A stretch of DNA of 63,022 nucleotides, counting the filler, from Globobulimina sp. (lineage: Eukaryota): assembly GCA_003354225.1 (NCBI GenBank). It is 30 parts of 30 records of this genome, joined end to end, with 100 filler letters (N's around TTAATTAATTAA, not from the genome) between each part and the next. Parts side by side here need not be neighbours in the genome. Positions count along the whole stretch, not along the records: positions 23,165 to 25,169 come from PIVH01009821.1; positions 25,270 to 27,273 come from PIVH01009822.1; positions 27,374 to 29,377 come from PIVH01009823.1; positions 29,478 to 31,481 come from PIVH01009824.1; positions 31,582 to 33,584 come from PIVH01009825.1; positions 33,685 to 35,687 come from PIVH01009826.1; positions 35,788 to 37,790 come from PIVH01009827.1; 23 more parts are not named here. One strand, 5' to 3'. Made by a program: the position numbers and the translations under genes. Position 1 is the first letter of the stretch, and each line of letters starts with the position of its first letter. The notes beneath the pieces were generated by a model. The model made no database searches. It saw only the letters and a program-made list of their open reading frames with translations, and was not told the DNA's origin. Positions 23,165 to 35,943 of this stretch are shown here, one piece after another.

Positions 23165-24735
23165 AAAGGCCGCCGGTCCCCCCCCCCGGCCCCGGCTTCT
23201 CCACAATTTGATGCCCGCCCTGGTCGAGTTTCCGAAGCCTCCGTCGCTGCGAATGATCGTTTGGTTGCTGGTCCGCCACTTTCCAACTTAGCATTCCTTC
23301 GAAATAACTGTTTCTCGCAATGAAGTTTGCAAAATATGTCCCCACAGCACCTACAATGATGCTTTCTATTCACGACATTGAATTTTATCTTACAACCTTT
23401 ATGCGAACAAAAACCGCGCTCTGTGTCCGCGATCCACTTTGAATGAGTTACTGTTTTGACCACAAAGGTATGATCCACTGCGGACTGTATTGTCATAGCC
23501 TTCTTATTTAAAATCAAGTCCTTCCAAAAGCCGATATTTGCTGCTAACAATTCATAGCAATCGTTGACGTCAAAATGGCTGAACGTAGTTCGCAGTGCTT
23601 AAGCTCAAATATTTCTGTGTTGGTCAGATAAAATAAAATAAACAGACCTTAAATATCGGTCATACATATTCAAAAACCATGAGCTGTATTTCCCGCTGAC
23701 TCCATAGTCCAACTTCAATATCTTCGCAATATGCTCCTTTTGCTGCTCTTTGTATTCACGACAAAAATAAAACATATTTCCTTTGTCTTTGGAATATAGG
23801 AAAACGTTCAAAAACTCCCTTTGATATTTTTTGTTTAAGAATAAATAAACGCCTTTATTTATCACTAAATGGCCAACTTTGTCCATATTAATATTCAATT
23901 TATGCCCATTTATCGATTGTAAGTCGCAATACTTTGCGTTTTCAGTTGCAACGTTAACAACGGCCCAACTGCAATCTGTCGATGATTTGGCATTGATTTC
24001 AATGGCTTTTGTGGTGTCGACAAAGATAAAATTATCCGGTTCAGCCACATTGCACACGGTATCTCGAAATAGTTTCCTTTGGTGCTTACCAAGACTGGCT
24101 CCTTCATGACATGCGCTTAAATTGCTGTCATTGAACAGAGTCAGTACATTGACCATCCATTGCGGGAAAATACAGCCAGTTAAATGTAAATGCATTGCAA
24201 ACATTAATAGTTTGCGATATGGACAAATACTGTTCGCATGGTCGAGTTCGTCAGGCAACGCATCATTTGATTTAATTTCAGACATTTTACGTTCAGCGGC
24301 GGGTTGTAATGGATTTGTTGTTGCCGTTATAGCTGTTTTTTTAATTGCAGTTGCTTGGTTTTTTGCTTTTGTAGGCCGCGATTCTTTTGCTTCTAAAGGA
24401 TGTGATGATAATTTTGAGTGTTTTGGTGGTGCTTTTGTTGAATTTGGGGGTGGTTTTGAGAGTGTTTTGGATGGAGGCACGTCTTCGTCGGATGATTGAA
24501 GTTGCGTTAAGTCACAGAATTGGGATAAATCGAATTTGGAGTTGTTATTTCTTGGCATTGTTGGATGTATTATTTCAGCATTGTTTATCTTTTTATTTTC
24601 ATGTTTTGGTGCATTTGGGTTTAATGATTTGATGACATTTGTTCCTTCTTCGTCCGATGATTGCAATTCTGCAAAGTCACAGAATTGGCTCATTACATTA
24701 TATTGTTCCTTGGAATAATTATTATCGGTTGCCAT
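23165..24735 (-). CDS. FYVE zinc-finger protein (intron about 23579-23647; 3' partial)
   Basis: KWIADTERGFCSHKGCKIKFNVVNRKHHCRCCGDIFCKLHC. An in-phase GT-AG intron links it to ORF 23605-24735. Confidence 0.75.
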
Positions 24736-24897
24736 TTAAGCTGAAAGTTTTTTATTTATTTTTTACATTTAAATTTAACCACACTGACGAAGGTAACATT
24801 TCAGCCCGAATCGTCAGTTCTTTTTTACAAATACTGATTTGAAAATTAACACATCCTAACACCACAGACAAAAGAGTAGGACTTAATAAGTTAACAC

Positions 24898-25169
24898 ATG
24901 TCACCTGATCAGGAAAACGAAGAGTCTGTCGTTTATTGTTGTAGGAGACACAGTAATGGAGATGTATCATTGGGACCATTTGGTTTTCTGTTTGCATTCC
25001 TTGTATCAATTCCTGTTATGGTGTTACTCGTGATATTTTTGGTCGGCTATGTGTTTCCATTATTTACAGGTTTCGATCCTATGCATCCCACTAAGTCGCA
25101 ATTGTCTGCATCCCAACAGAATCAATATGATGAGGTAAATATATGTGAAAATGATCCAATATCAAAAAT
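24898..25169 (+). CDS. Membrane-anchored protein N-terminus (3' partial)
   Basis: ATG-initiated ORF with one long hydrophobic segment. Divergent from the FYVE gene. Confidence 0.45.
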
Positions 25170-25269
25170 NNNNNNNNNNNNNNNNNNNNNNNNNNNNNNN
25201 NNNNNNNNNNNNNTTAATTAATTAANNNNNNNNNNNNNNNNNNNNNNNNNNNNNNNNNNNNNNNNNNNN

Positions 25270-27273
25270 ATGTGATGAATAAATTCTGTGTTGGCTGCAG
25301 TGGCAATACGTTCCGGAAGATGGCTGGCGGTCCAGAAGGCAAATTACGTATCATCCCTGCACAATATATTTGTCACCAACATGACAGATCGAAGCATGTG
25401 GATCACGTCTGGTGCCCGGTATGTGTCTCTAAAGTGAGCACCGAGATGCCTTGGAATGATGATGAGTATCATTTACCGGCTCTCTATCCACGTGCCGAAG
25501 ATGCCACTTCAACCGCAGCCACCGCTGAAACTCCCGCAGATGCCGATATTGATATCGACGTTGATGACGATGCTCGGCAGGAATCTGAGGAAGCAGAAAC
25601 CATCGCCGCAGCAACAGCCAAACCCAGCAACGCGCACAATACCAACCAACAGAAAACTGAGCTCAAGGATGATGATGAATCCACGGCTCCAGATATTGAT
25701 ATGAAAGAGTTTGGTTTGGAGGGTTTATGTCATATCCCTCCGCGGAGTGCCACCACCAAACCACTCTTCGCACAGTTAGTTGATGAAGCGCATGCCTATC
25801 TTAGTGGTACCAATGTGCGCGATTTGGATCTCGCTGTGGTCGAAAAGAAGATAAAATTCTGCGTCGCGGAATATATGAAGGTCTTCGGGCCAGTATGGGA
25901 AAAAGCTGCTTTCGAGAAGCAGTCGGAGAGTTTATTGAGTCGCGTTGCTATCGCACGTAACGAGGTTTGCGCGGAACGCGATCGATTGGCAGCACGTGAT
26001 ACCGATCGCAAACATGACGACGACGATGATAAGCAGCGTGATCGCAGCCGTTCGCGGAACCGCAACCACAATACCAACAAAACCAAGGGTACCGGTCCCA
26101 AAAGTCGTACCTCCACACGTCGTACCTCCACATTACGTATCCCGAAGAGAAACATCCTTACAATGAAACCGAAGAAGAATCGCAAACCTAAGAAACCTAA
26201 AGCAAATTCAACGCAAACGGCACCAAAATCCGGTACCAAATCTGCAGAGCATGATAAAGTATGTGCTGATTTGCATCAGTTTAACTTCCTCCTTTTTCCA
26301 AAGAACTTGCTTTTACACCGAACCCCAAACGGCTTCGTTTGTGGTTTGTACTTTCCACGTTTACCTAAGAAATACTAACCTGACCAGGTTTGTGGGCACA
26401 CACTGTTGCTGCAAACCATGTGATTTGGACGGATCTGTTGAGTCGTTACATAGCAAGCCGGTTTAATCTCGGAGTAACACCGGATCCGTCATTTGTTGCC
26501 AACGTTGCATAGCAAGCCGGTTCAATCTCGGAGCGACGTGTCAGCGCATACGACAGCGACTGACTTCTCACACAGTTAATGCGTACCATGATGCATGGTG
26601 ATGAGCGAAAGAAGCGTCAGAAAGATGCGAAGAAGGCCAAGGCCGCGAAAGCAGTACATGTCACATTTGCCGCGAAACCCGTACGTCCTACACATCGCGC
26701 AACGACGCATAGTGACTCTGAGGGTTCATCCCATGAAGGCACCGATAGCTCCGCATCCGAGTCCGATGATGATAGCTCTGACGATGACGAGAATATCCCT
26801 AATGCACAAAAAGGGTGCCTTGAAACGGCAAGAGATAATATGGCGAAGCGCGACTCCAAGAAACTGAACAAGAAACAGAATAGAAAGAATAAATTGCGTA
26901 TCTCGCAACAATTGATGAATAAATGGATGCGTGAACCGCCACATCAATGTGCTTCAAAGAAAGCAGTTATTGAGACTGCGAATGATGGCCTTACATTTAA
27001 TGAGATATTGGTTAATATGCCAGGGATAAATATACCAAGTGAAGTGATATTGGCCATGCTTAATAAAATGATATTGATAAAGACCAACGAGTGGAGCGCC
27101 TCTGCCAAGAATATGGATGCGGAACAAATGCAATTAATGTACGATTTGATACAGTTAATGGACGCATTATATCACTTATTTTATAATGATGAGAACAGGG
27201 TGTTGATCCCCACGATTTTGGCAACTTTAGATGCCGCGGAGTTTGATATCGCATCCTTTTATGATACTTTGAT
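25270..27273 (+). CDS. Uncharacterised multi-exon protein with acidic and basic tracts (partial)
   Basis: ORFs 25272-26378 and 26579-27273 can be joined by introns 26344-26387 (TACTAAC branch site) and 26504-26575 (CTGAC). Cys/His cluster at the N-terminus. Confidence 0.55.
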
Positions 27274-27373
27274 NNNNNNNNNNNNNNNNNNNNNNNNNNN
27301 NNNNNNNNNNNNNNNNNTTAATTAATTAANNNNNNNNNNNNNNNNNNNNNNNNNNNNNNNNNNNNNNNNNNNN

Positions 27374-27760
27374 TTTTTATTTGGAAAAGAAGTTGCAAAA
27401 TATATGCAAAAAAGAGGGAGAGGCTGTATTATATTCAGTGGTGCGACAGCATCAGTTCGTGGAAAGGAAGGATTCGCGGCATTTTCCACTGCAAAACAGG
27501 GCTTAAGAGCATTGGCACAAAGTATGGCAAAAGAATTGGGACCAAAAGGGATTCATATTGCACATATTATTATTGATGGTGGCATTGATAGCGAATTTAT
27601 CAGAAATATGTGGAAAGAAAGTGGAAGGAAACTTGATAAGCCTGATATGTTGCTGCAACCTGATGAGATTGCAAAGAATTATTGGTTTATATATACTCAA
27701 CAAAGAAGTGCATGGACATTTGAAATGGATTTGAGGCCTTATGCTGAAAAATGGACATAA
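27374..27760 (+). CDS. Short-chain dehydrogenase/reductase, C-terminal half
   Basis: IIFSGATASVRGKEGFAAFSTAKQGLRALAQSMAKELGPKGIHIAHIIIDG...QQRSAWTFEMDLRP. Confidence 0.9.
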   Translation, partial: FLFGKEVAKYMQKRGRGCIIFSGATASVRGKEGFAAFSTAKQGLRALAQSMAKELGPKGIHIAHIIIDGGIDSEFIRNMWKESGRKLDKPDMLLQPDEIAKNYWFIYTQQRSAWTFEMDLRPYAEKWT

Positions 27761-27813
27761 ACCACCAATACTAAAGTTTTTAAATTTGCAGCTATTAATT
27801 GCAGCTCAGAACA

Positions 27814-29377
27814 ATGGCGCAACCATCAAACAACAAAAAGAAAAGAAAATTGAGGTTGATATTAAGAAAACAAAATGATAATAACAATGGTACACCATTA
27901 CCTCGACAAAAAAAACAGAAAACGAATGATTACGGCACTAAAAAAAAGAGAAAAAAGCAAAAAGGTAAAACAGTGAGAAAAAGAATGATTAAAATTGCAA
28001 GAAAACATAAAAAACGAAAGAAAGAGAACGAGAATAAGCATCAAGAGCCAGCACAGAAAAAACGTAAAATAGACTCAAAAATGGATCGAAAACATGTAAT
28101 AAAACATGCATTAATTAGATATCATAAAGAATTTCGATTAAAAAGTGATTGGTTACAAAGTATAAAAATTGGTGATGTCATCGAATGGAAAAATGAACAA
28201 AATCCAAACAATCCAAACCATGGTCAATTCATAGCTGTGCAAATTTTAAATCGTTTTTACAAAGCAAAAATTAAATATTTTATTCATGCCACCAAACATT
28301 ACAAATATATAAATTTTGGAGACACATTGCTTAAAAACAAAAATAAGAGACAATTAAAATACATTCGCCCCAAAAAAGGCACAAAGGAAAATCCGCAGCA
28401 AAACCCATGGATTAAAACTTCAAATAAACGCTGTAACGGCAATGCCTTTGATGAAAGTTCCTCAAATTTGAGTTCTTTATGGCTCGCAAAAGCAAAATAT
28501 ATTGAAATTTATATCAAATCACTCACCAAATGGATCAGCGCAAAGATTGTAAAAATAAACCCATTTTTTGAATTTATGCACAATGACACATGTAATAATA
28601 TTGATAAATATGATCAGGCCATGATAAATAACACAAACTTTCGTTTGCCATTACAATGCATACCAAATTATAAAATGTATAGCAAAGATTATAAAAGAGA
28701 TAAAGGCAAAGCCATTGCGGTGGAAATGAGAATATATTTGGGAGCGACCCAAGATACGAAGGCTTTGTTTGAAGATTGTTGGAATAATGGCTTATTGTAC
28801 GACATCAATGAGAAAAATAATAGAAAAATGAGTATATTTTATGAAACAGAGAGAATGTTCAAAACTGTGGACTGGATATCGTCAGATTGTTTATTTTATT
28901 TTCCAATCAAAAACCTAAATGCTATCAAACAATGGATTTATGAGAGACCGGTCTGTGACTGCACCACGCAAATGGTCCACAAAATAAATATACATAAACA
29001 CGGCAAATATTGTTATGTGTGCAAAATGCTATTTATATTACATGATTCGTTATGGTTTTGCCCCAAAGAAAAGAAAGTACGCCATCACAAACAAGCATTT
29101 TATTTATGTGGCCGGTGTGTGATGGAAAGACCACACATTGTGATTAATATTGGTATTGATGATCAAAATAGTCATAAAAAAGAATATCGATATCAAAAAT
29201 TGATTGGTGGCAAATATAAAATCTGTGAAACATTGCAGGCACCGAAAATATTAAAGAAATTATTGCATTCCTTCTATCATAAATTGTTATATTATCCCTT
29301 TGATGATGCACAGTTTATGCAATTATTGGATGCAAAGGACACACATTTAAATCTGGAAAATATGCCGCCTGAATTGA
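27814..29377 (+). CDS. Uncharacterised protein with Lys/Arg-rich N-terminus and Cys/His cluster (3' partial)
   Basis: More than 520 open codons, with CDC...CYVC...WFCP...H...YLCGRC. Confidence 0.6.
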
Positions 29378-29483
29378 NNNNNNNNNNNNNNNNNNNNNNN
29401 NNNNNNNNNNNNNNNNNNNNNTTAATTAATTAANNNNNNNNNNNNNNNNNNNNNNNNNNNNNNNNNNNNNNNNNNNNTTAATT

Positions 29484-30522
29484 TCATAATTTATTGAACT
29501 TGTCGTCCGAGTTTTTAATTAAAGATTTTTTATTTTGCTTTACTTTACCAAATAGATATATGCATACTTGTAATCCAACAACAACCACCACTCCATTCGC
29601 AACTATCCCAATAATCCGCAACATAGTTATCAACCGTTCAAAGTCTTTTGTCTCATTAGTACACGGAAATTCATTTGGTGGAATATCAACATCTAAAAAT
29701 TTACATAACGGCTCCCATCCATCTCGAACATCAAATATTAACAATTTATCACTTGCAATATTATCAATAACCGCTTTATTCCATTCAATATATCTTTCTT
29801 TTATATTATTAATTTCTTCATTATCATCAAAATTAAATCCTTTCACATCCAATACAAATTCAACATATGTTTTCCTCATTACTTTGAAAAGAGGTCTCTG
29901 CGCAGCGGTCATTTCTAAAAACCAGCTATTATTTAATACGTCCCATCCTTTTCCTACTGTTGTTCTAAATGATTTATACCAAACATCGACATCATTTCTT
30001 TGCGTAAGTATAACTTTGACATTGTAATTATATGGTTCATTCTCATAAAAACGCAATATATCCATATAAAATGGAATAGACGCACCACCCACAGAAGCAT
30101 TGTACTTGGTGTTGCTCTGGAAAATGTCATCCCAATTTAAATCAGCTGCAGTTAACATACATTGTGGATTATACCATTCATTGAACGCTGTTGCATTGTG
30201 CTTTTTGAGTTTGCTCTTTTTTAAATTGAGTGCATGGAGCCACAATGGTGCATCTTTATTATCAATTGTTGTTGAATGATAGCTATTAAATCCTAATTGT
30301 TGTAAAGCAACTTGCAATGATGAGGTTCCTATTATTGAATATATATAGTATGATATTAGATTATATATATATATAAAAATAGTCCAATATAATATATACT
30401 GTACCAGTTCTGCCAAAACCGGAACCAATCACGAAGTTATTACCACATTTTTGCACGTCAAATGAGCGTTGAGCATGCACAGAGTTACCCTTTAACATTT
30501 TAGAAAGATGTGACAGTGACAT
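29484..30522 (-). CDS. Sulfotransferase domain (P-loop, Sulfotransfer_4-like) protein with C-terminal TM (one intron)
   Basis: Spliced VIGSGFGRTG|TSSLQVALQQLGFNSYH, KVILTQR...WYKS and LLIFDVRDGWEPLCKFLDVDIPPNEFPCTN. Confidence 0.85.
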
Positions 30523-30875
30523 TAAAACATGTTTAAGATGAAAACCAGCTTAAACAAATTTAAAGAATCAGACAACAATAAATTCAGCAACGTCCATCAT
30601 ACACAGTAATATCGAGTCTGATAACTAAAGGAAATAGAAAAGCTATCCGGCTGAAAATAAAAAAGCTATCAGTCAGACCAAATAATGTGTTGTGAATAAT
30701 AATAACCTAAATTCCAATCATAATCAGCAAGTATTTATTCATGGACAAAAAGATTATTGCTGTTCTCAATCATTTTAATTTCCTTTGATTACGGTCGATG
30801 TTCTGAATATAACGATGTAATTATCAATTATATATATATGATTATATGTAGATACTAGATACAAAAAAAGGTTAT

Positions 30876-31481
30876 TTATATTTGTTGCTCATCAATTATT
30901 TGAATGACATTGTCAATGATATTTATTATATTATTAGCAACCTGACCAATGTTATTTTTTTGCACATTTTCATCCGATATTTGCCACTGTTTCATTATAT
31001 TTTGATATTCCATAAAATCATTATTCATCTTCTTAAATATTTTATATTTACATTGATGAAATCTGATTAATTTATCGTTTCTCGTTGGCTCAATTCCATA
31101 TTTTGCATGATTCATAATACTCATTGCTTCATCAAAACCCATTGTTCCATTTTTGTGCGCCAACAGTCCCAAAACAGAGGCACCAATCAATACACTATCC
31201 TCGTATTTTGGTAAAATTATTGGTATCTGAGTAATATCGCAATGTAACTTAATAAACAATTCATTTTTACTTAAACCACCTGTCGCAAAAACACATTTAA
31301 TATCAATGCCATTTTCTTGAATAGTGTCCAATATAAACTTTGAATCATAACACAATGCCTGCAACGTAGCTAAATAATAAATTGCGCATTGATCAATCTC
31401 TCCAAAATCATTCAATTTCATTCCAACAAACATTCCTTCCAATGATGGATTGGAGAGTGGCGATCTGTTGCCATGAAAATA
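30876..31481 (-). CDS. FGGY: FGGY-family carbohydrate kinase (ribulokinase-like), C-terminal part
   Basis: FHGNRSPLSNPSLEG, YYLATLQALCY, TGGLSKNELFIKLHCDITQIPI and SVLIGASVLG. Confidence 0.85.
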   Translation of the reverse strand, partial: YFHGNRSPLSNPSLEGMFVGMKLNDFGEIDQCAIYYLATLQALCYDSKFILDTIQENGIDIKCVFATGGLSKNELFIKLHCDITQIPIILPKYEDSVLIGASVLGLLAHKNGTMGFDEAMSIMNHAKYGIEPTRNDKLIRFHQCKYKIFKKMNNDFMEYQNIMKQWQISDENVQKNNIGQVANNIINIIDNVIQIIDEQQI

Positions 31482-31822
31482 NNNNNNNNNNNNNNNNNNN
31501 NNNNNNNNNNNNNNNNNNNNNNNNNTTAATTAATTAANNNNNNNNNNNNNNNNNNNNNNNNNNNNNNNNNNNNNNNNNNNNATTTATTTATTTGAATAGC
31601 TTTGTCGGGGTCCCCTCAGGATTTGAACCTGAATCTTCTGGATATATCTTTCCAGTGCTCTGCTTGAGCTAGGCGACAGTTTTAATATCAATATCATCCA
31701 TAAATTGTGAGTCGTCGTTGTTTCGCCTTTATTGTCCATGGAGTTTCTGTATGTTGCTGAAATTTCTATCAAATACAAACATTAACGAAATGGAATTTGC
31801 TTAAAATTCGCAAACAAACTAA

Positions 31823-32146
31823 ATAGCACATCAGGAACAACATACTAAGAGCTTTCCTGCTCAATCAATAGATCAACAATTAAAGAAACAGAAACGCAAA
31901 AACAACCATTTGTCGATAGCTTACAATGCCACATTAAAAGAATGTGAACTAATCGATCATGAAAAGGATGAAAAGGATGAAAATGATGCGACAATAAACA
32001 TCTACGAATATCCATGTCGGTGTGGCGATTACTTTGAAATTCAAATTGCTGCATCAACGGTTCAAGAAAGTAAATCGGATTCAAATTCAAAATCGATAAT
32101 AGCTTCATGTGTTACTTGCTGCTTGAATATAAATGTTATATTTTGA
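31823..32146 (+). CDS. CSL zinc-finger exon (DPH3/DPH4-type)
   Basis: YEYPCRCGDYFEI...IIASCVTCCLNINV. No upstream J domain could be resolved. Confidence 0.55.
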   Translation: MAHQEQHTKSFPAQSIDQQLKKQKRKNNHLSIAYNATLKECELIDHEKDEKDENDATINIYEYPCRCGDYFEIQIAASTVQESKSDSNSKSIIASCVTCCLNINVIF

Positions 32147-32241
32147 TCATGAATACAATCCTTGCGCACAAACATTCTTTTAACGTTCTTCAAAACATCT
32201 CCTTGCACATAAAATGTTGTCAAATGGTGGAACAACATGGA

Positions 32242-33551
32242 TCAACTGACACTGCCACAACATGTTGAACACGGATATGATGAATTTTGAAACCACAAAC
32301 TGCTATGTGTTGCATTATTATAAAACCAGTCAGTCTGCGCTTGTGACGAGGTATACGAATCATTGATAATTTGGTTCCATATGTCCATATTTGCGTGTTC
32401 ACTGTTCATAGCAAGAGATTAGAAATGCAGAATGATTCTCGTCACTTTGAATGTTATTACTTACAAAAATATTTGTTACATTCCCATATTCATTTATTAA
32501 TGTATCATTGTTGGAACACACACATTCTGCACCAATTTGCCATTTATCATATTGAGACTGCACAGAAAACATTCTTGACTTTATAAACGGGCAAACATTC
32601 TGTGCATAGATGCATTCATTGGGTGTATTTAAAGCATCATAATATTGCAAACAATCCTCATTCATTGCAGTTGTTCCATTTTGCCATTGATAAATCCAAT
32701 TGAATGTGGATTCAAATTGACTGTAACCTTGTGCTTCAATAAAGAATCCGCTGTCTGGCATTGCCATAAAGTTCGCGTTGCGAGGAACCCAATTTTGTTT
32801 GATATAATCTGAATGGATATATGTGGCTAATCCGCCAGCACTCGAACCTGTTAATAATACGTCGGTTGCATTGGATAAACCATATTCATTCCATAATAAT
32901 TCAAGAGCACCTTTCAATATATTAAAGCCTCGAAAATATAAATGGTAGCTTATATTGTTGGATGTAACATTAATTATGCTCTTATTATTGCCAATGAACG
33001 AGCCACAATCACAATATCTGCATCATTTGGCAACGCATGACATTATATTACAAATTTGCAAATTGCAGAAAGTGATACCTGACATATATTGTGTTCCAAT
33101 TGTATGACAGTCGATTATTTGTTTGATTTGTATCCAAATATCCATAAGAAAAATGTGAATATGCTTTATCAGAGTTAGTGGAGCCATATGACGTTTGCGA
33201 GCGAGCTAAACATGACGAGGTAAACACGGGGGATACTTTGCTTGTTATCCCAGAGCACCAACCGCCTCCTTGCAAGTAAATATTATATTTATTTAGTCCT
33301 GAATTATTTCCTTGGCGATAATAAAAAATTGGCATTGATCCATCCAAACACAGTGCACCATATTTTATTGAAGCTTCTGTTAAATTCACTCTTATTCCTG
33401 GTGAATCTTTGATATTTAAATCATTTTTTGTAATGAATTGCCTGTATTCAAATAGTGTGTCGAATGTATCAATTTGGATGTTGTGTACTGCCATTACAAG
33501 GGTAATAGTTACCATCTTGAAAAGTATGTTTCCGAGTGCCATGACTACCAT
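32242..33551 (-). pseudogene. Pectin acetylesterase/Notum-family esterase with a frameshift near the catalytic His
   Basis: Signal peptide, ALCLDGS, YLQGGGWC, NWNTIYVRY|CDCGSF and LLTGSSAGGL. The frame breaks at SCYEQ*, while the natural tail (IWNQI...DWF...YPCSTCC) continues in another frame. Confidence 0.8.
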
Positions 33552-33684
33552 CTTAAAAATACTTCAAAAAACATTTCCAAGACCNNNNNNNNNNNNNNNN
33601 NNNNNNNNNNNNNNNNNNNNNNNNNNNNTTAATTAATTAANNNNNNNNNNNNNNNNNNNNNNNNNNNNNNNNNNNNNNNNNNNN

Positions 33685-35687
33685 CAAGTTCTCACAGATC
33701 GTCTTTGCATTGTTTTGTTTCAAATTCAAATTGGATTCTTTTGTGTGGTGCAGCCATGTCGTATTAACCAGCATTATCAGAGCACATTTGTCATTCAAAT
33801 ATTCCATCATTTTGACTCTGTGATTCTCGGCAGAATAAACCCAGAAAAACTCGACAATTCCTCTGTTTCTTTTGTGCGCATTCAACACTTCTATATAATA
33901 TATGACGAGCAACGAGCCGGACAATAATCCGATAAAAATGTGTTTTTTGATTAAGTTTCATGCTTGCGATCTTGCGCAATGTCAAAGTTGTGGAAATACG
34001 CATTGGGGATGAATGGGTGGACGTTTGTTGGAAGTGAAAAACAATACTGGAGTGGGGATGGATGGATGGAAGTGACAAACAATACTGAATGAACATTGAC
34101 AAACAAAACCAATGGGTTTAAGGAAAATACTTTAATGTTTTGTACACCAATAATGGCGGAGGACGATCTCATGAATAATTTAGGGTCAAAAAATAAGAAG
34201 CGACAACAAGGTTGTTGAAAAAAGTGCAGGACTTATTAGAAACCTCACATTTGTGTCTAGGTGTATGTACTTTTACTGATCTGAAAATAATTGACAGAAA
34301 TGATGATGAAACTGTGATTTGGTGCTGATGTGTGTGAAATGTGTTCAATTCGTGACCAATTTGCAAGGAATTGATCACTGAATGTATAGCCCACTCGCGC
34401 GTAGACCAATCTGATATTTGGAAGCTGAATAGTTTCTTCTTTTTATGGCTAGGACAGATCTGTTCGGAGAATAGATCGATTTATCGACAATTCCGATCCA
34501 CATTTCATCCCCTTTGTCAAACACATATGTGTCGAAACGAATCTGTCCATTGCAATCAAAGGGTAATAGATTGTCATCACTGATTATGTTCAGATAATCA
34601 TTCCATGCATTGCTGAATATCACTTTATTGGCGCTTTCATTAAAGTTGAAGTAGTCTTTAAGTGAGTTTTGTAATTTACACTTCGATCCTTGTAACCTGG
34701 CGTTTGAGAGCAAAATGGATTGTATTTGACAACCAAACAATCCATTTTTTGTTATCATGATTTTATCATATTTTTTTATTGCACGATCATGAATAACCAA
34801 ATATGCAAATCCCTCCAATGTTTTAAATAGAATAAAATTGAACACAGTGTAATATATTTTCAATAAATAAAAAAAAAATGACAGTTGGTAGATATATTCC
34901 TATCCTATCTTGATTTTATTTTTGCCCATACCAAGTCAGTCCAATGTGTCATTAATTGTGCATCAATTTCAATTTTTTATCTAAAATCTTATATAGGTCT
35001 GAATTATATGGAATCCACATATTCAACATATCATACACATTTGCATCTTGTGCAAATGGGATTACTACGTTTTCAACGGTATTGAAAAGACTGTAATCGT
35101 TTTCGACATCTTCCAATATCTCACACTTTGATTTTCCCATTACAGCTTGAACTGATCCGTGCAATGCATACAAATAAGTCGGATAGTAAAATTTGCAATG
35201 GCAGCTAGACACAGTAATCTTTGATAATGTTTCACACTAATCTTTGAACAAACCTTTAAAGTTAATATCACTTTTTTTCGGAGTTAGTAATTGTGCTCCT
35301 CGATTACTATATTTCATAGCTCTTGCAAAGTTAGCTTGCGCTTGACGGCTGCCATCACAATTTGGGTGCACTGAATGTTGCAAATCATAGCTGATGCAAG
35401 TCATTGAAGAAATTGCATATATAAATGCAAATGTGGCGAAGATATCAAAGCCATCAAATCTTGCAATGTGGCGAAGATATCCCGGTATGTTTGGCAATAT
35501 TGCGTCAATGCTCTGGCGAGTTTCACAATCTGTTTGTGATTCAGCTCATTTAAATTGGGCAAATGCGCCAAGTTCTCACAGATCGTCTTTGCATTGTTTT
35601 GTTTCAAATTCAAATTGGATTCTTTTGTGTGGTGCAGCCATGTCGTATTAACCAGCATTATCAGAGCACATTTGTCATTCAAATATT
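33685..35687. repeat. Contig with identical 119-bp ends (circular or tandem unit of 1,884 bp)
   Basis: 33685-33803 is identical to 35569-35687 in the same orientation. Confidence 0.95.
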
Positions 35688-35943
35688 NNNNNNNNNNNNN
35701 NNNNNNNNNNNNNNNNNNNNNNNNNNNNNNNTTAATTAATTAANNNNNNNNNNNNNNNNNNNNNNNNNNNNNNNNNNNNNNNNNNNNATATTGGTTCAAG
35801 ATTGATTGATTCAGCAAAATGGCAATGTCTGCATCATCCAGAATCACGCAATTCGTAGAAGAACAATCTTTGATTTTTGCTGGGCGAACCACAAAAAGGA
35901 TGAGGAGCAGCAGGAAAAGTAACATCCCTTCAGATTTCAATGA

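Noticed and set aside
35105-35405. TGA=Trp recoding in the circular contig (e.g. SSSCNGKIKV*DI resembling a WD40 end)
   Set aside because: The same frames also contain TAA/TAG stops, so reading TGA as Trp does not give a long ORF.
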